DNA of 64,000 bases, taken from assembly GCF_006345805.1 (NCBI RefSeq), contig NC_042998.1, positions 206,460,001 through 206,524,000 of the forward strand. Reading direction: 5' to 3'. The position numbers were made by a program, and so were the translations under genes. Below the pieces are notes generated by a model that saw only the letters and a list, made by a program, of their open reading frames with translations, was not told where the DNA came from and searched no databases. Shown here one piece after another: positions 36,470 to 50,112 of the stretch. Numbering within the stretch: position 1 is the stretch's first letter; each line of letters opens with the position of its first letter. This stretch comes from Octopus sinensis (taxonomy: Eukaryota).

Positions 36470-36545
36470 CATACATATATATACATATACATATATACAT
36501 ACATATATATACATACATACATATATATACATACATACATACACA

Positions 36546-36578
<33 letters not shown>

Positions 36579-36631
36579 CATACTAATATATATACATACA
36601 TACATATATATATACATACATACATATATAT

Positions 36632-36662
<31 letters not shown>
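34870..36662. repeat. Very long compound (AT)n/(ATAC)n microsatellite, left part
   Basis: Direct inspection. Confidence 0.97.
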
Positions 36663-36663
36663 C

Positions 36664-38545
36664 CAGAGAATAGGACCTCTCTTCCAAAAAGATGGCTCTC
36701 ACACCCAGAAATCCCACGAGGATAAGTGAAATACTGAACGAACAGTTCCAAAGTGTGTTCACTACACCTCTAGGACACAGGCAAGTAAACAACCCAGAAG
36801 AATTCTTTGCCACTTTACCAGCGGCCAAAGAGACAAAAATTGAGTACATCAACATCGAAGAAGATGATATCACACTAGCATTGATGAGATTGACACAACT
36901 CAGCTGCTGGACCTGATGGATTCCCAGCGATCCTTCTCAAATCGTGCAAACGAGCCCTTGCAAAACCGCTACAGCTTCTTTTTCAGAGCTTTCTTGCAAG
37001 TGGTAAGCTCCCAGTCAAACTGAAAGAGGGGGTAATATGCCCTATCCATAAGGGAGGTAGCAGAGCAGATGCTAAAAATTATAGGCCTATCTCTCTGACC
37101 TCACACATCAGCAAAGTCATGGAACGAATAGTCCGTAAGAAACTAATCATGTTCCTTGAAGAAAATGACTTACTGTCTGACACCCAGCATGGATTTCGAC
37201 CAGGTAGAGGCTGCCTAACACAGCTCCTGCAGCACTATGACTGGGTGTTGAAACAGCTACTAAATGGCTCAAATGTGGATGTAATATATCTGACTTTGCA
37301 AAAGCCTTTGATAAAGTCGACCATGGTATGATCTGTCATAACTGCGTGGTCTCGCATAGGCGGGAAACTTGGAGAGTGGCTGCACAACTTCCTAAAAGAC
37401 AGAAAACAGGCAGTTGTGAGCAATGGAGCCACCTCCAGGGAAACGCAAATAACAAGCGGTGTCCCACAGGGCACTGTCTTGGGGCCACTGATGTTCATAG
37501 TGGCCCTTTCAGACATGCCTTCAGTTGCTACGATGACCACCCTTGCTAGCTATGCAGATGACACAAAGGTCTCCCACGCAATACAGAACCCTGAAAATAT
37601 TGCGCATCTGCAACATGAGCTGGACACAATATACAGGTGGGCTGAGGACAACAACATGCAGTTTAATGCAGGTAAGTTCAGGCCCTGCGCTACTGGCACA
37701 CAAAGGTAAATGACGTGAAGACTGGATACACTGGCCCAGGAAGAATTGCAATCCCTGAGTCAAAATCAGTGCGTGACCTGGGCATTGACATGAGCAATGA
37801 TGCATCTTCCAAATGCATATTGCTAATCTGGTGATAAAATGCAGACGGCTAGCTGGATGGATTCTCCGAACTTTCAGAACAAGAGAGAAGGAGACACTGA
37901 TGGTCCTATGGAAAACATTTGTCCTCAGCCGCTGGGACTACTGCTCCCAACTTTGGTCACCCACCAATATAAAACAAACAGCAGAACTCGAAGCAACTCA
38001 GAGAAGCTACACAAAGAAAATTGTCTCAATGCAAAATGTCAGCTACTGGGAAAGACTGAAGGTATTAAACCTCTTCTCCCTGGAGCGGAGGCGGGAGAGA
38101 TATGCAGTAATATAAATCTGGAAAATCCTGGAGGGTCTTATCCCAAACTTTGGCATTCAAAGTTACTCCAACCGCAGAACGGGGCGCCGCTGCGTGGTGC
38201 CAAGGATTCCAACATCACCATCAAAATACAGGTCCAGATACTGCAACAGCTTGGGTTTCAGAGGACCACAGCTTTTCAACATCCTCCCTAAATGCCTGAG
38301 AGACTTACATGGTGTGGATGGGTTTCTTTTAAACTAAACTGGATCTCTTCTTGTTGGAAGTCCCAGATGAACCTACCTCACGACAGGAGACGCGGATGCG
38401 GGCAGCAGCATCGAACTCCCTTGTTGATCAAGTGCCACGTATCAGAGGTGGATTCACAAACTAGTGTGGCTCATTCAGCGGTGGTGCCCCAGCATGGCCG
38501 CGGCCTTCGGGCTAAAACATTTTTAAGGATTAAGGATTTAAGGAT
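36664..38545 (+). mobile_element. 5'-truncated CR1/L2-group LINE; ORF2 reverse-transcriptase pseudogene
   Basis: SAAGPDG, NYRPISLTSHISKVMERIV, QHGFRPGR, SGVPQGTVLGPLMF, YADDTK, SLERRRERY; several frameshifts and a stop; ORF ends TAG 38464; tail (TAAGGAT)n. Confidence 0.96.
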
Positions 38546-38638
38546 ATACATACATACATATATATATACATACATACATATATATATACATACATACATA
38601 TATATATACATACATACATATATATATACATACATACA

Positions 38639-38670
<32 letters not shown>

Positions 38671-39381
38671 CATATATATACATACATACATAATATACAT
38701 ACATACATATATATACATACATACATATACATACATACATACATATAATACATAAATACATATAACATACATACATATAATACATACATAATACATATAC
38801 ATACATACATATACATACATATATATATACATACATAGATATATATACATACATATATATACATACATTATATATATACATAATATATATATAACATACA
38901 TATATATACATACATACATATATATTACATACATATATATATATACATACATATATATATATACATACATATATATATATATACATACATATATATATAT
39001 ATACATACATACATATATATATACATACATATATATATACATAATATATATATAATACATATATATATACATACATATATATATATATACATATAATATA
39101 CATACATATATATATACATACATTATATATACATACATATATATATACATACATATATATATACATATATATTACATACATATATATATACATACATATA
39201 TATATACATACATATATATATACACATATATATATACATACATATATATATACATACATATAATATATACATACATATATATATACATACATATATATAT
39301 ACATAACATATATAACATTATAACATATATACATACATACATATATATACATACATACATACATATACATACATACATACA

Positions 39382-39413
<32 letters not shown>

Positions 39414-39428
39414 CATATATATACATAC

Positions 39429-39461
<33 letters not shown>

Positions 39462-39499
39462 CATACATATATATATACATACATATATATATACATACA

Positions 39500-39531
<32 letters not shown>

Positions 39532-39741
39532 CATATATACATACATATATATATACATACATATATACCATACAATATATATACATACATATTATATATA
39601 CATACATATATATATATACATACATATATATATACATACATATATATATATACTACATACATATATATACATAATATATATTATAACATACATATATATA
39701 CATACATATATAATACATACATATATATATACATACATATA

Positions 39742-39801
<60 letters not shown>

Positions 39802-39819
39802 TATATATACATACATACA

Positions 39820-39889
<70 letters not shown>

Positions 39890-39948
39890 CATACATAATA
39901 TATATACATATACATAACATTTATATATACATACATACATATATACAT

Positions 39949-39986
<38 letters not shown>

Positions 39987-40140
39987 CCACAACATATATA
40001 TATATATACATACATACATATATATACATACATACATATATATACATACATACATATATATACATACATAATACTATACATACATACAACATATATATAT
40101 ATAAATACATTATATTATAGATACATACATACATATATAT

Positions 40141-40179
<39 letters not shown>

Positions 40180-40260
40180 CATATATATATACATACACAC
40201 ACACATATACATACACACACACATTAACATATACATACATGTATATATACATACACACAC
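38546..40260. repeat. Very long compound (AT)n/(ATAC)n microsatellite, right part
   Basis: Direct inspection. Confidence 0.97.
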
Positions 40261-40872
40261 TGTATACCTGAACATATATACACACACGCATATATAAGAT
40301 GCGTGGGGTTCACGTGATTGTGGATTTACCACATAGATACTAAAGCTACACACACACACACATGATGCCCACACCCCCACACACACACACGATGCCCACA
40401 CCCACACACACCAACAAAGGCAAAACTTAAAAGTCAATAATGTTTTTTGGAAGAATTCCTATTAATGATAAATATGGCTAAATGAAGATAATGGTTTTTA
40501 ATAGGTTGAGGAACTTTCCAGTGGAAAAACTATTTAAAGAATATTTATTTTGGATACTTTGCGGAACCTTGAAAAATTGATTATACAATTTTTAGAGTAT
40601 TTTGTGATGGTTCCAAGCCAGTTCTCACAGAGAACATATGTATGGGTGGGAGGAATAATGTGATGTAAGTGAACCCATTAAATTACTGGTACAGAAGGCA
40701 ATGAGCTGGCAGAATTGTGAGCAAGCCAGGCAAAAAAATGGTGTTTTATAGGTCTTTATGTTCTAAGTTCAGATTCTGCCGAGGTGGACTTTACCTTTCA
40801 TCCTTTCAGGATTGACAAAATTAGTAGCAGTTGAGCACTGTTGCTGGCCTTGTGCAAAAATTCGAAATCATC

Positions 40873-40908
<36 letters not shown>

Positions 40909-41075
40909 GTGTGTATTATGTATGCCTGTCTTTATACACCCATTCGTAATGTGATGTAGGTGTATAATCTCTCAGTTGTATAGCTATTAGTGCGTGTGTG
41001 GGTGTGTGTAGCAATTTGTAGTCTGTAGGTGTGTAGGTGTGTGTACATGCACTTCTGTATCCGTAGTCAGCTGTG

Positions 41076-41390
41076 TCGGTGGCACGTAAAAGCACCATCC
41101 GTTCGTGTCCGTTGCCAGCCTCGCCTGGCCCCGTGCCGGTGACACGTAAAAGCACCATCCGTTCGTGGCCGTTCGCCAGCTCTGTCTGGCACCTGTGCAG
41201 GTGGCACGTAAAAAACACCCACTACACTCGCGGAGTGGTTGGCGTTAGGAAAGGCATCCAGCCGTAGAAACACTGCCAGATCTGACTGGGCCTGACGAAG
41301 CCTTCCAGCTTCACAGACCCCAGTTGACCCGTCCAACCCATGCTAGCATGGAAAGCGGACGCTAAATGATGATGATGATGATGATGATAT
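41076..41390 (+). mobile_element. SINE-like family B
   Basis: Family B signature, (GAT)n tail. Confidence 0.9.
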
Positions 41391-41423
41391 GAAGGCGGCA
41401 AGCTGGCAGGATTGTTAACATGC

Positions 41424-41827
41424 TTTACTCTTTTACTTGTTTCAGTCATTTGACTGCGCCCATGCTGGAGCACCGCCTTTAGTCGAGCAAATCGACCCCG
41501 GGACTTATTCTTTGTAAGCCCAGTACTTATTCTATCGGTCTCTTTTTTGCTGAACCGCTAAGTAACGGGGACATAAACACACCAGCATCGGTTGTCAAGC
41601 AATGCTAGGGGGACAAACACAGACACACAAACACACACACACATATATATACATACATATATACGACGGGCTTCTTTCAGTTTCCGTCTACCAAATCCAC
41701 TCCCAAGGCATTGGCCGGCCCGGGGCTACAGCAGAAGACACTTGCCCAAGATGCCATGCAGTAGGACTGAACCCGGAACCATGTGGTTGGTTAGCAAGCT
41801 ACTTACCACACAGCCACTCCTGCGCCT
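41424..41827 (-). mobile_element. Family A SINE, full length
   Basis: Reverse complement of the family A consensus. Confidence 0.92.
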
Positions 41828-42175
41828 ATGCTTAGCGGTATTTCGTATGTCTTCACATTCTGGGTTCAAATTCTGCCTAGGTGAACTTACTCTTTCATTC
41901 TTTCAAGGTCGATAAATCATGTACCTGTTGAACATTAAGGCCTATGTTATCGACTTAGCACATTGGCCAAATTTTGTAAACATTGTCCTTATTTTTTAGA
42001 CATATGGAATTTAAAAAGGTGCCTTAAGTTGTTCTTGTTGTTGTTGGAATGATGGTGGATAATCTTGTGGGTGTCTACCAAGTTAGTTGCCAGACGTTGG
42101 AGCTTTAATGTGTCCATGCTCTGAGAAGCAAGATGTTCAGGGTATGGTAGGAAATTCTGATATAAACATTTTAAT

Positions 42176-42647
42176 TTAACCCTTTTGTTACTGTATTTTT
42201 AGATGCTCTGTGTTTCTTTCAATTAATTTCAAATATAACAAAGAATTTAGTAAAATAACTTAGTTATCATTAAGCTAGTGTCAGGAACATAAATTGTGAC
42301 TAAGGTTTGGTGGAAGATTTTAATTCAAAACTTATGAAAACAAGACTTTGTACTCAGAGCCAGAGCCTGTTTCAGCCGGGTTGGTATCAAAAGGGTTAAG
42401 AATTGTTTCTCTATTATATATTTTAACCCTTTTTTTACCATATTTCTGTTGAGATTCTCTGTGTTTCTTTCGATTACTTTATAACAAAGTATTTAGTAAA
42501 ATAACTTAGTTATCATTAAGCTAGTGTTAAGAACATAAATTGTGACTAAGGTTTGGTGGAAGATTTTAATTCAAAACTTATGAAAACAAGACATTTTGTA
42601 CTCAGGGCCAGAGCCAGTTTCAGTCAGGTTGGTTTTGAAAGGGTTAA
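42176..42647 (+). mobile_element. Tandem dimer of piggyBac-like MITE family 1
   Basis: TTAACCCTTT..AAAGGGTTAA twice, joined by GAATTGTTTCTCTATTATATATT. Confidence 0.9.
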
Positions 42648-43004
42648 ATCCTTTTAACAGGATCCCTCAACATACTCCCCAACTTCACAGACAGACTCTA
42701 CAAGTAAACTTAGGTCTGAGAGCTCAGCATTTCTGGTGCTGGTGGCATAATAAAGTCTGCCCATTCCACATTGCAAAGTGGTTGGCAAGAGGAGAAAACC
42801 ATTCCAGCCTGCAAACTTATACCAAACTTATGCAAGGATTCGATTCAATGATTAACCCCTATACAGAGCAAAAACAGAAAGTGTTACTGTAATGGGTGGC
42901 AGGGGCCAGCTAGAAATGCCTGGCTTCGATCTTAACCAAGTGATTCTCACCTTCTTGTTTAGTTGCAGGAAAGAGAAGAAGCTGAACCTCACAAACAAGA
43001 TGTA

Positions 43005-43235
43005 AATCATCATCATTGTTTAACGTCTGTTTTCCATGCCGGCATGGGTTTGACGGTTTGACTGGGGACTGGCAAGCCAGGAGGCTGCACCAGGCTCCAC
43101 TCTGATCTGGCAGTGCTTCTACAGCTGGATGCCCTTCCTAATGCCAACCACTCTGAGAATGTAGTGGGTGCTTTTTATGTGCCACTAGCACAGGAGCCAG
43201 TCAGGGGGCACTGGCCCCAGCTACGATATTGGTTT
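43005..43235 (-). mobile_element. SINE-like family B
   Basis: Family B signature. Confidence 0.88.
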
Positions 43236-43404
43236 TACTTGAAATCTGTAAAATTAATGTATATTTGAAATTAAGTAGTCTTTATACAAGTTCACAACTT
43301 TTTGCACACGATTGAGTGACAGGGGTAAGGACTGCCAAGAAGCAAAGGGGAGGATTGACCCAGTCTCCAGTCCAAAGACGAGAACCAGACACTGACACAC
43401 AACC

Positions 43405-43638
43405 TATTTCTTTACTACCCACAAGGGGTTAAACACAAAGGGGACAAACAAGGACAGACAAACGGATTAAGTCGATTATATCGACCCCAGTGCGTAACTG
43501 GTACTTATTTAATCGACTCCGAAAGGATGAAAGGCAAAGTCGACCTCGGCGGAATTTGAACTCGGAACGTAACGACAGACGAAATACGGTTACGCATTTC
43601 GCCCGACGTGTTAACGTTTCTGCCAGCTTGCCGCCTAG
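43405..43638 (-). mobile_element. Family C SINE, full length
   Basis: Reverse complement of 4218-4450. Confidence 0.9.
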
Positions 43639-43919
43639 TGACACACACACAAATAAGTAAATAAATGAAAAGAGCACAGAAAAGAAAAGGGTGGGGGTGG
43701 ATCCTAAGACCATAAATCCACTTTCAATATTTATCAGAGAGAGAGAGAGAGAACATCACATCCATTGATGTGATAAATAACCAGACAGATACAACAACAA
43801 CAACACACAACTCTTGTATTATTATTATTATGAACGACCAAACATTTTAACCATTTTTTTGTCTTTCTATTTTCTGGCAAAAGACCAACGTTATCAACAT
43901 CTTTATTTTATATATATAT

Positions 43920-44325
43920 ACTAGCAGCATCACCCGGTGTTGCTCGGGTTTGTAAGGGAAATAACTATATAAGCATTTTTAGAGATGTAAAGTATAATAG
44001 CCGTCTCAATATGGCTAACCACAAAGGGGGGGGGGGTTACTGTAGCTTTTTACGTTCTGAGATTTAATAATACATTTTTAGAGAGTTACTTCCCTTATAT
44101 AATAGCAAAAAAAATGCATTAAAAATGGGAAAAAATTATGGTAATTTTTTTTTTTAAATCGTAGACTCATCATAGATGCACGCTAATACCCAGAAGGGCT
44201 CGATATGAATCACAACTATAAGATACCCGCTTTTGGTTACACTGCACCGCAAAATGTGGGAGTAGTTAGGAATCTAAATCGTAGGAGACAGACAGACACA
44301 CAACCTTACTTTTATATATAAAGAT
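43920..44325 (+). mobile_element. Non-autonomous Helitron/Helentron-like element
   Basis: ACTAGCAGCATCACCCGGTGTTGCTCGGGTTTGT start with ACCCG/CGGGT hairpin; ends ACAGACAGAC..TTTTATATATAAAGAT. Confidence 0.65.
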
Positions 44326-44615
44326 AACGATGCTGCATTGGAGTTGATTCTTATCGTGGTGACTAAATTAAATCTTTGCCATTGATTGGAAATGATCTGA
44401 AGCCATCAGGTGTGAGAATCCGATAGTCTCCATTGCTCAGACTCTAATTGTTAGAGAGAGAGGGGGGAGAGGGAGAGGAAGGAGAAAGGGGAAGAAGAGG
44501 AAGGAGAGGGGGAAAAGAGGGGAAAGTGGGACAACAGTAAAATATCTCACCATTCCCAATGTATTTGATTATATAAAGTTAATATTTTCCACAACAAATC
44601 AATACTTATTACTAT

Positions 44616-44779
44616 AGGCGCAGGAGTGGCTCTGTGGTAAGTAGCTTGCTAACCAACCACATGGTTCCGGGTTCAGTCCCACTGCATAGCATCTTGGGCA
44701 AGTGCCTTCTGCTATAGCTCCGGGCCGACCAATGCCTTGTGAGTGGATTTGGTAGACGGAAACTGAAAGAAGCCTGTCG

Positions 44780-44841
<62 letters not shown>

Positions 44842-45052
44842 TTGTGTGACTGTGTTTGTCCCCCTAGCATTGCTTGACAACCGATGCTGGTGTGTTTACG
44901 TCCCCGTCACTTAGCGGTTCGGCAAAAAGAGACCGATAGAATAAGTACTGGGCTTACAAAGAATAAGTCCCGGGGTCGATTTGCTCAACTAAAGGCAGTG
45001 CTCCAGCATGGCCGCAATCAAATGACTGAAACAAGTAAAAGAGTAAAAGAGT
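44616..45052 (+). mobile_element. Family A SINE, full length
   Basis: Canonical head; tail ends in (GTAAAAGA)n. Confidence 0.92.
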
Positions 45053-45064
45053 AATCTATAGATA

Positions 45065-46450
45065 CAAGGCCTGAAATTTGGTTGGGGTGGGGGCGAGACG
45101 ATTACATCGACTCCCCACCCCCACCCCACGTACTTGACTGGACAGTTATTTTATCGACCCCCTCCTTCCCCCCGTAAGAATGAATGGTAAAGCCAACTTT
45201 GGCAGAATTTGAACTCAGAATGTAAAGACGGAAGAAATGCTGCTAAGCATTTTGTCCAGATTGCTAACAATTCCACCAGCTGGCCACGTTGATGATGATG
45301 ATAAATCATAATAAATAATTTCTATCATTGTGGGTGAATAAGGTATGATAAAAGAATATTCAGACAAATACATAACAAAAACACCAGGGCTAACAGATAT
45401 ATATAACATACAGGAAATTGCACCACTGGGCACTGCACACATCCTATGCAAAACACTTTCAATACAGAAAAAATAAGAGCATCACAACAAATCACAGCAC
45501 ATACCCAAGGCACACAGAGCTGTGCTCGGTAGTGAAGTGAAAGCACGTGATAAAAATAAGACAACTCAATAATAATAATAATAGCCGATGCCAGTGGCAC
45601 GTAAAATGCACCAATCCGACCATGGCCGTTGCCAGCCTCGCCTGGCACCTGTGCAGGTGGCACATAAAAAGCACCCACTACACTCACGGAGTGGTTGGCG
45701 TTAGGAAGGGCATCCAGCCGTAGAAACATTGCCAGATAAGACTGGAGCCTGGTGCAGCCTTCTGGCTTCCCAGATCCCCGGTCGGACCGTCCAACCCATG
45801 CTAGCATGGAAAGCGGACGTTAAATGATGAATAATAATAATAATAATAATAAATGATGATGATGATGATTTCAAAGTCAGCAATTTCAGGAGAGGAGATA
45901 AGTGAATGAGACCAACCCCAGTACACAACTGGTACTTATTATATCAACTCCGAAAAGATGAAAGGGAGAGCTGACCTGGGAAGAATTTGAACTCAGAACA
46001 TAGCTACAGATGAAATGTCACAAGAGTATTTTGCCCTGAGTGGCAACAATTTTGCCAGCTTGCTGCCTTGATAATCCTTTCTACTGAAGGCACAAGGCCT
46101 TGAAATTTTGGGGAGGGGGACTGGTCGATTACATCGACCCCAGTGCTCAACTGGTACTTAATTTATTGACCCTGAAAGGATGAAAGGAAAAATCGACCTC
46201 AGCGGGATTTGAACTCAGAATGTAGCGGCAGACAAAATCAATAATAATAATAATTTCAGCAATTTTGGATGGGTGGTAAATCAATTAAACTGACCCCCAG
46301 AACTCAACTGGTAAAAAGTTTATTGACCCTGAAAGGATGAAAGGCAAAGTCGACCTTGGCAGAATTCGAACTCAGAACATGAAGGCGGCTGAAATGCTGC
46401 AAAGTATTTTGCTTGGCTTTGGTAACGATTCTGCCAGCTTACAGCCTTGT
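45065..46450 (-). mobile_element. Cluster of four family C copies (45065-45290, 45870-46070, 46080-46235, 46255-46445) plus a family B copy (+, 45590-45830)
   Basis: Repeated GAAAGGATGAAAGG..GAATTTGAACTCAGAA..GCCAGCT blocks. Confidence 0.8.
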
Positions 46451-46454
46451 TGTG

Positions 46455-46800
46455 GAGGAGGAGGAGGGGAATCTGAAGGAGGAGAAGGAGAAGAAGAAGA
46501 AAGAGAAAGAGAAGAAGAGAAGGAAGAAAGAGAAGAAAGAGAAGAAGAAGGAAGAGAAGAAGAAGGAGGAGGAGGAGAAGAAGAAGAGAAAGAGAAGAAA
46601 GAAAGAGAAAGAGAAGAAAGAAAGAAAGAGAAGAAAGAAAGAAAGAGAAGAAAGAAAGAAAGAGAAGAAAGAAAGAAAGAGAAGAAAGAAAGAGAGAAAG
46701 AAAGAAAAAAAAGAAAGAAAGAGAAGAAAGAAAAAAAGAAAGGAAGAAGAAAGAAGAAGAAGAGTAAAAGAAGATGAAGAAGAGGATGAAGAAGAAGCTC
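46455..46800. repeat. (GAA)/(AAGA)-type polypurine microsatellite
   Basis: Direct inspection. Confidence 0.92.
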
Positions 46801-47456
46801 GCCAGCAACAACAATTTACACAGGAAGATGAAATGAAAATAGCTTGGTCAATTATTCCAGAAATACTATGGAACCAATATTTGGAAGCAGCGAAGAATGC
46901 TGAAATAGTTATAATTTGCAGAAGATCTAGAATTGGATGGTTTCTAAAAGAAATGTCTAAAAACTATTTTTTGATAAATTGTATTGGCAGCGGCAGTGGT
47001 GGTGGTGGTAAAAAATGGATGGGTGGGTGTGTTGGAATCGTTCAATTGAAATATTCCCACTGAAAATTACTGGTATTAAAAACATGGATCTCTGCAGACA
47101 AAGAAGAAGCTTTGAGAACCAAATAAAAACAAAATTGTTTGATGTAAAAATAGGTGTGGTTGTGTGGTAAGAAGCTTGCTTCCCAACCACATGGTTCCGG
47201 GTTCAGTCCCACTGCATGGCATCATGGGCAAGCATTTTTTTTTTATTATGGCTTCAGGCCAACCAAAACTTTGTGAGTGGATTTGGTAGAAGGAAACTGA
47301 AAGAAGCCCATCGTGTGTATGTGTGTGAGCATGTGTGTGTGTGAGCATGTGTGTGTGTGTGTGTGTGTGTGTGTGACTGTCATTATCATCATCGTTTAAA
47401 GTTCGTTTTCCATGCTGGCATGGGTTGGACAGTTCGACCGGGGTCTGGGAAGCCAG

Positions 47457-47812
47457 GACTAAGGTTTGGAGGAAGATTTTAATTCAGAACTTATGAAAAC
47501 AAGACATTTGTACTACAGAGCCAGAATCGGTTTCAGCCAGGTTGGTATCAAAAAGGTTAAGAATTGTTTCTCTATTATATATTTTAACCCTTTTGTTACT
47601 GTATTTCTGTTGAGATGCTCTGGGTTTCTTTCAATTACTTTAAATATAACAAAGAATTTAGTAAAATAACTTAGTTATCATTAAGCTAGTGTTAGGAACA
47701 TAAATTGTGACTAAGGTTTGGAGGAAGATTTTAATTCAAAACTTATGAAAACAAGACATTTGTACTACAGAGCCAGAAGCGGTTTCAGCCAGGTTGGTAT
47801 CAAAAGGGTTAA
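47457..47812 (+). mobile_element. 5'-truncated dimer of piggyBac-like MITE family 1
   Basis: Same 23 bp spacer at 47561-47583; ends AAAAGGG-TTAA. Confidence 0.88.
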
Positions 47813-48054
47813 TGTAGTTCTATGTTGTGAGGAGGCCGACTAGAAATAACAGCCAAATTGCCCTTAAAGCAGAATGTTAATAAATGAAATAGAATAATAG
47901 ATATTGTCCAGAATGGAATGATCATCATCCTTTCCTTACCAGTAGAGAAGGGGCCATCAGGATGTAGAAACTAGGCTGAAACTGTAATATTGGAGCAAAA
48001 TGTGGGCCTCTGATCCATTCATAAGATCCTGTGAAACCATCCAAATGATGGCAG

Positions 48055-48240
48055 CATGGAAAATAGTGATGGTGATGGTGGTGGTCGCGATAGTGATGAC
48101 AGTGGTGATGGTGGTGATGATGGCAATGATGAGAGTGGTGGCAATGATGGTGATGATAGCAGTGATGTTGTTGATGATAAACAACAAGGGTGTTGATGAG
48201 ATGATGATGATGGTGGTGGTGGTGGTACTGATGGCAACAA
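48055..48240. repeat. (GAT/GGT)n degenerate trinucleotide tract
   Basis: Direct inspection. Confidence 0.85.
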
Positions 48241-48967
48241 TCAAGAATCCACTTAGACATTGGTTTCAGAATTGCTACTCTGATCATTTTCCAAACTTAG
48301 TTACTTCGTTATGCGATTAAGTTGAAAGCAGAAAAAAGAACCCTGAAAAAAACAAACATCCCACAAAAAATAAAAAAAGCTGATATTTCAAAGAGAATTT
48401 TTCTTTGGTGAAGGACAAATGTCTCAAGACTAATTCTGTGGAAGTGGAACATCACAAAGATCAGTAGGTTGTCTGTAATTGAGCGAAACGGTAAATGTCT
48501 AATGCATTAAGATATAGCAACACAGACGAAATATGGGAAGAAGCCTTCAAGACATTTGGCTTGGAAATTATACAGAAACTGCAAATTACAAAGTGAATGA
48601 TGGTGCCACTTAAAAAGCACCCATGTTAGTGTCACATGTAAAGAACCTGTGCTGGTGCCACACACAGCACCCATGCTGGTGCCATGTGTAAAGTACCAGT
48701 GGTGGTACCATGTATAAAGCACCCAGTAGACTCTCCAAAGCAGTTGAGAGCTGCAGAAACCATGTGAAAACAGACAGTTGGATCTTGGTGCAGCTCTCTG
48801 GCTTGCCAGTTCTGTCAAACCCTCCAAGACATGCTAACAACAGAAATAGACATTAAATGGTAACGATGATGAGCTGGCACTCCATAGGTTTTGACAATGC
48901 AGGTTCCAGGTGATCCAATCAATGGAACAGTCTGCTGGTGAAGACCCCTCCACAAACACGTATGCTC

Positions 48968-49594
48968 TTAACCCTTTCGTTAACGGATTTATTTTGAGAT
49001 GCTCAGCATTCCTTGCAATTAATTTTAAATATAACAAAGAATTTAGTAAAATAACTTCATTATGTGTTGTGTCTGGGGAGAGTCATTTTCTTTTTGTGCC
49101 TTATAATTTAACACTCACCGGTAAAATCTCCACTTATTTCGTATTTTTATTTTCCTAAAATTTTCATTGCGTCTTGTAACCTTTTCAATAGTCTTGACTT
49201 GGTTATCATTCAGCTAGTGTTAGGAACATAAATTGTGACTAAGGTTTGGTGGAAGATTTTAATTCAGAACTTATGAAAACAAGACATTTGTACTACAGAG
49301 CCAGAGGTGGTTTGAGCCAGGTTGGTATCAAAAGGGTTAAGAATTGTTTCTCTATTATATATTTTAACACTTTTGTTACCATATTTCTGTTGAAATGCTC
49401 TGTGTTTCTTTCAATTACTTTAAATATAAAAAAAGAATTTAGTAAAATAACTTAGTTATCATTAAGCTAAGTGTTAGGAACATAAATTGTGACTAAGGTT
49501 TGGTGGAAGATTTCAATTCAGAACTTTTGAAAACAAGACGTTTGTACTACAGAGCCAGAGGCAGTTTCAGCCAGGTTGGTAACGAAAGGGTTAA
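48968..49594 (+). mobile_element. MITE family 1 dimer inserted at the TTAA of a family E SINE, carrying a nested half MITE (49062-49197)
   Basis: Flanks CACGTATGCTC-TTAA and TTAA-TGTAGTTCTC rebuild the empty SINE site CCCTTAAAGTAGTTCTC seen at 55975. Confidence 0.85.
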
Positions 49595-50112
49595 TGTAGT
49601 TCTCAGGAAGATTCAGCATGACACAGAATGTGACAAGGCTGGCCCCCTTTGAATCACAGGTACAACTCATTTTGGTCAGCTGAGTGGCCTTGAGCAATGT
49701 GAAATAAAGTGTCTTGCTCAAGGACACAACGCTACTGGAAATCTACTGCACAACCTTAAATGAGGAAAAGACGTTTGTATATAATTGCAGCGAGCGACTG
49801 ATGAGCTTTTTGTTGTATCTCAACAGGAAAGAAACAACAGCCAGAGAGAGAAAGAGACTGCGTAGATCTTGGATTATTATTGATCAAGGGAAGGTCACGA
49901 GAGTCAACCCACACACTTTGAGTGGTGGCTGGAAATAGCTGCTGCCGACGCTGATGAAACTCTAGTCGATCCTTGATGGAAACTAAAGCAAGCAGACTAC
50001 ATCAGCGAACGGCCTTTACTGACCAATGGCTGGGCTTGTGAGTTTAAAAATATATTGATTACACCAGAGTCGATAATTGTTCCGGCAATGAACTAAAGTT
50101 AGCAACTCTGTC

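Noticed and set aside
42968-43004. Possible 33 nt plus-strand micro-exon (ttgcag/EREEAEPHKQD/gtaaat)
   Set aside because: Weak donor, too short to evaluate, and no partner exons.
46337-47063. 216 aa Lys/Glu/Arg-rich ORF
   Set aside because: Starts inside a family C SINE and runs through a polypurine tract that cannot contain stops; the unique tail has no recognisable homology or splice support.
47925-48320. His/Thr-rich ORFs (also 50016-50633, 53289-53732, 60219-60558)
   Set aside because: Products of degenerate trinucleotide tracts.
49828-49938. TARERKRLR resembling a bHLH basic region
   Set aside because: No helix-loop-helix follows; the frame stops after 36 codons.
49950-49985. CTGATGA..GAAA hammerhead-like spacing
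   Set aside because: The intervening sequence forms no stem II and there is no stem I partner.
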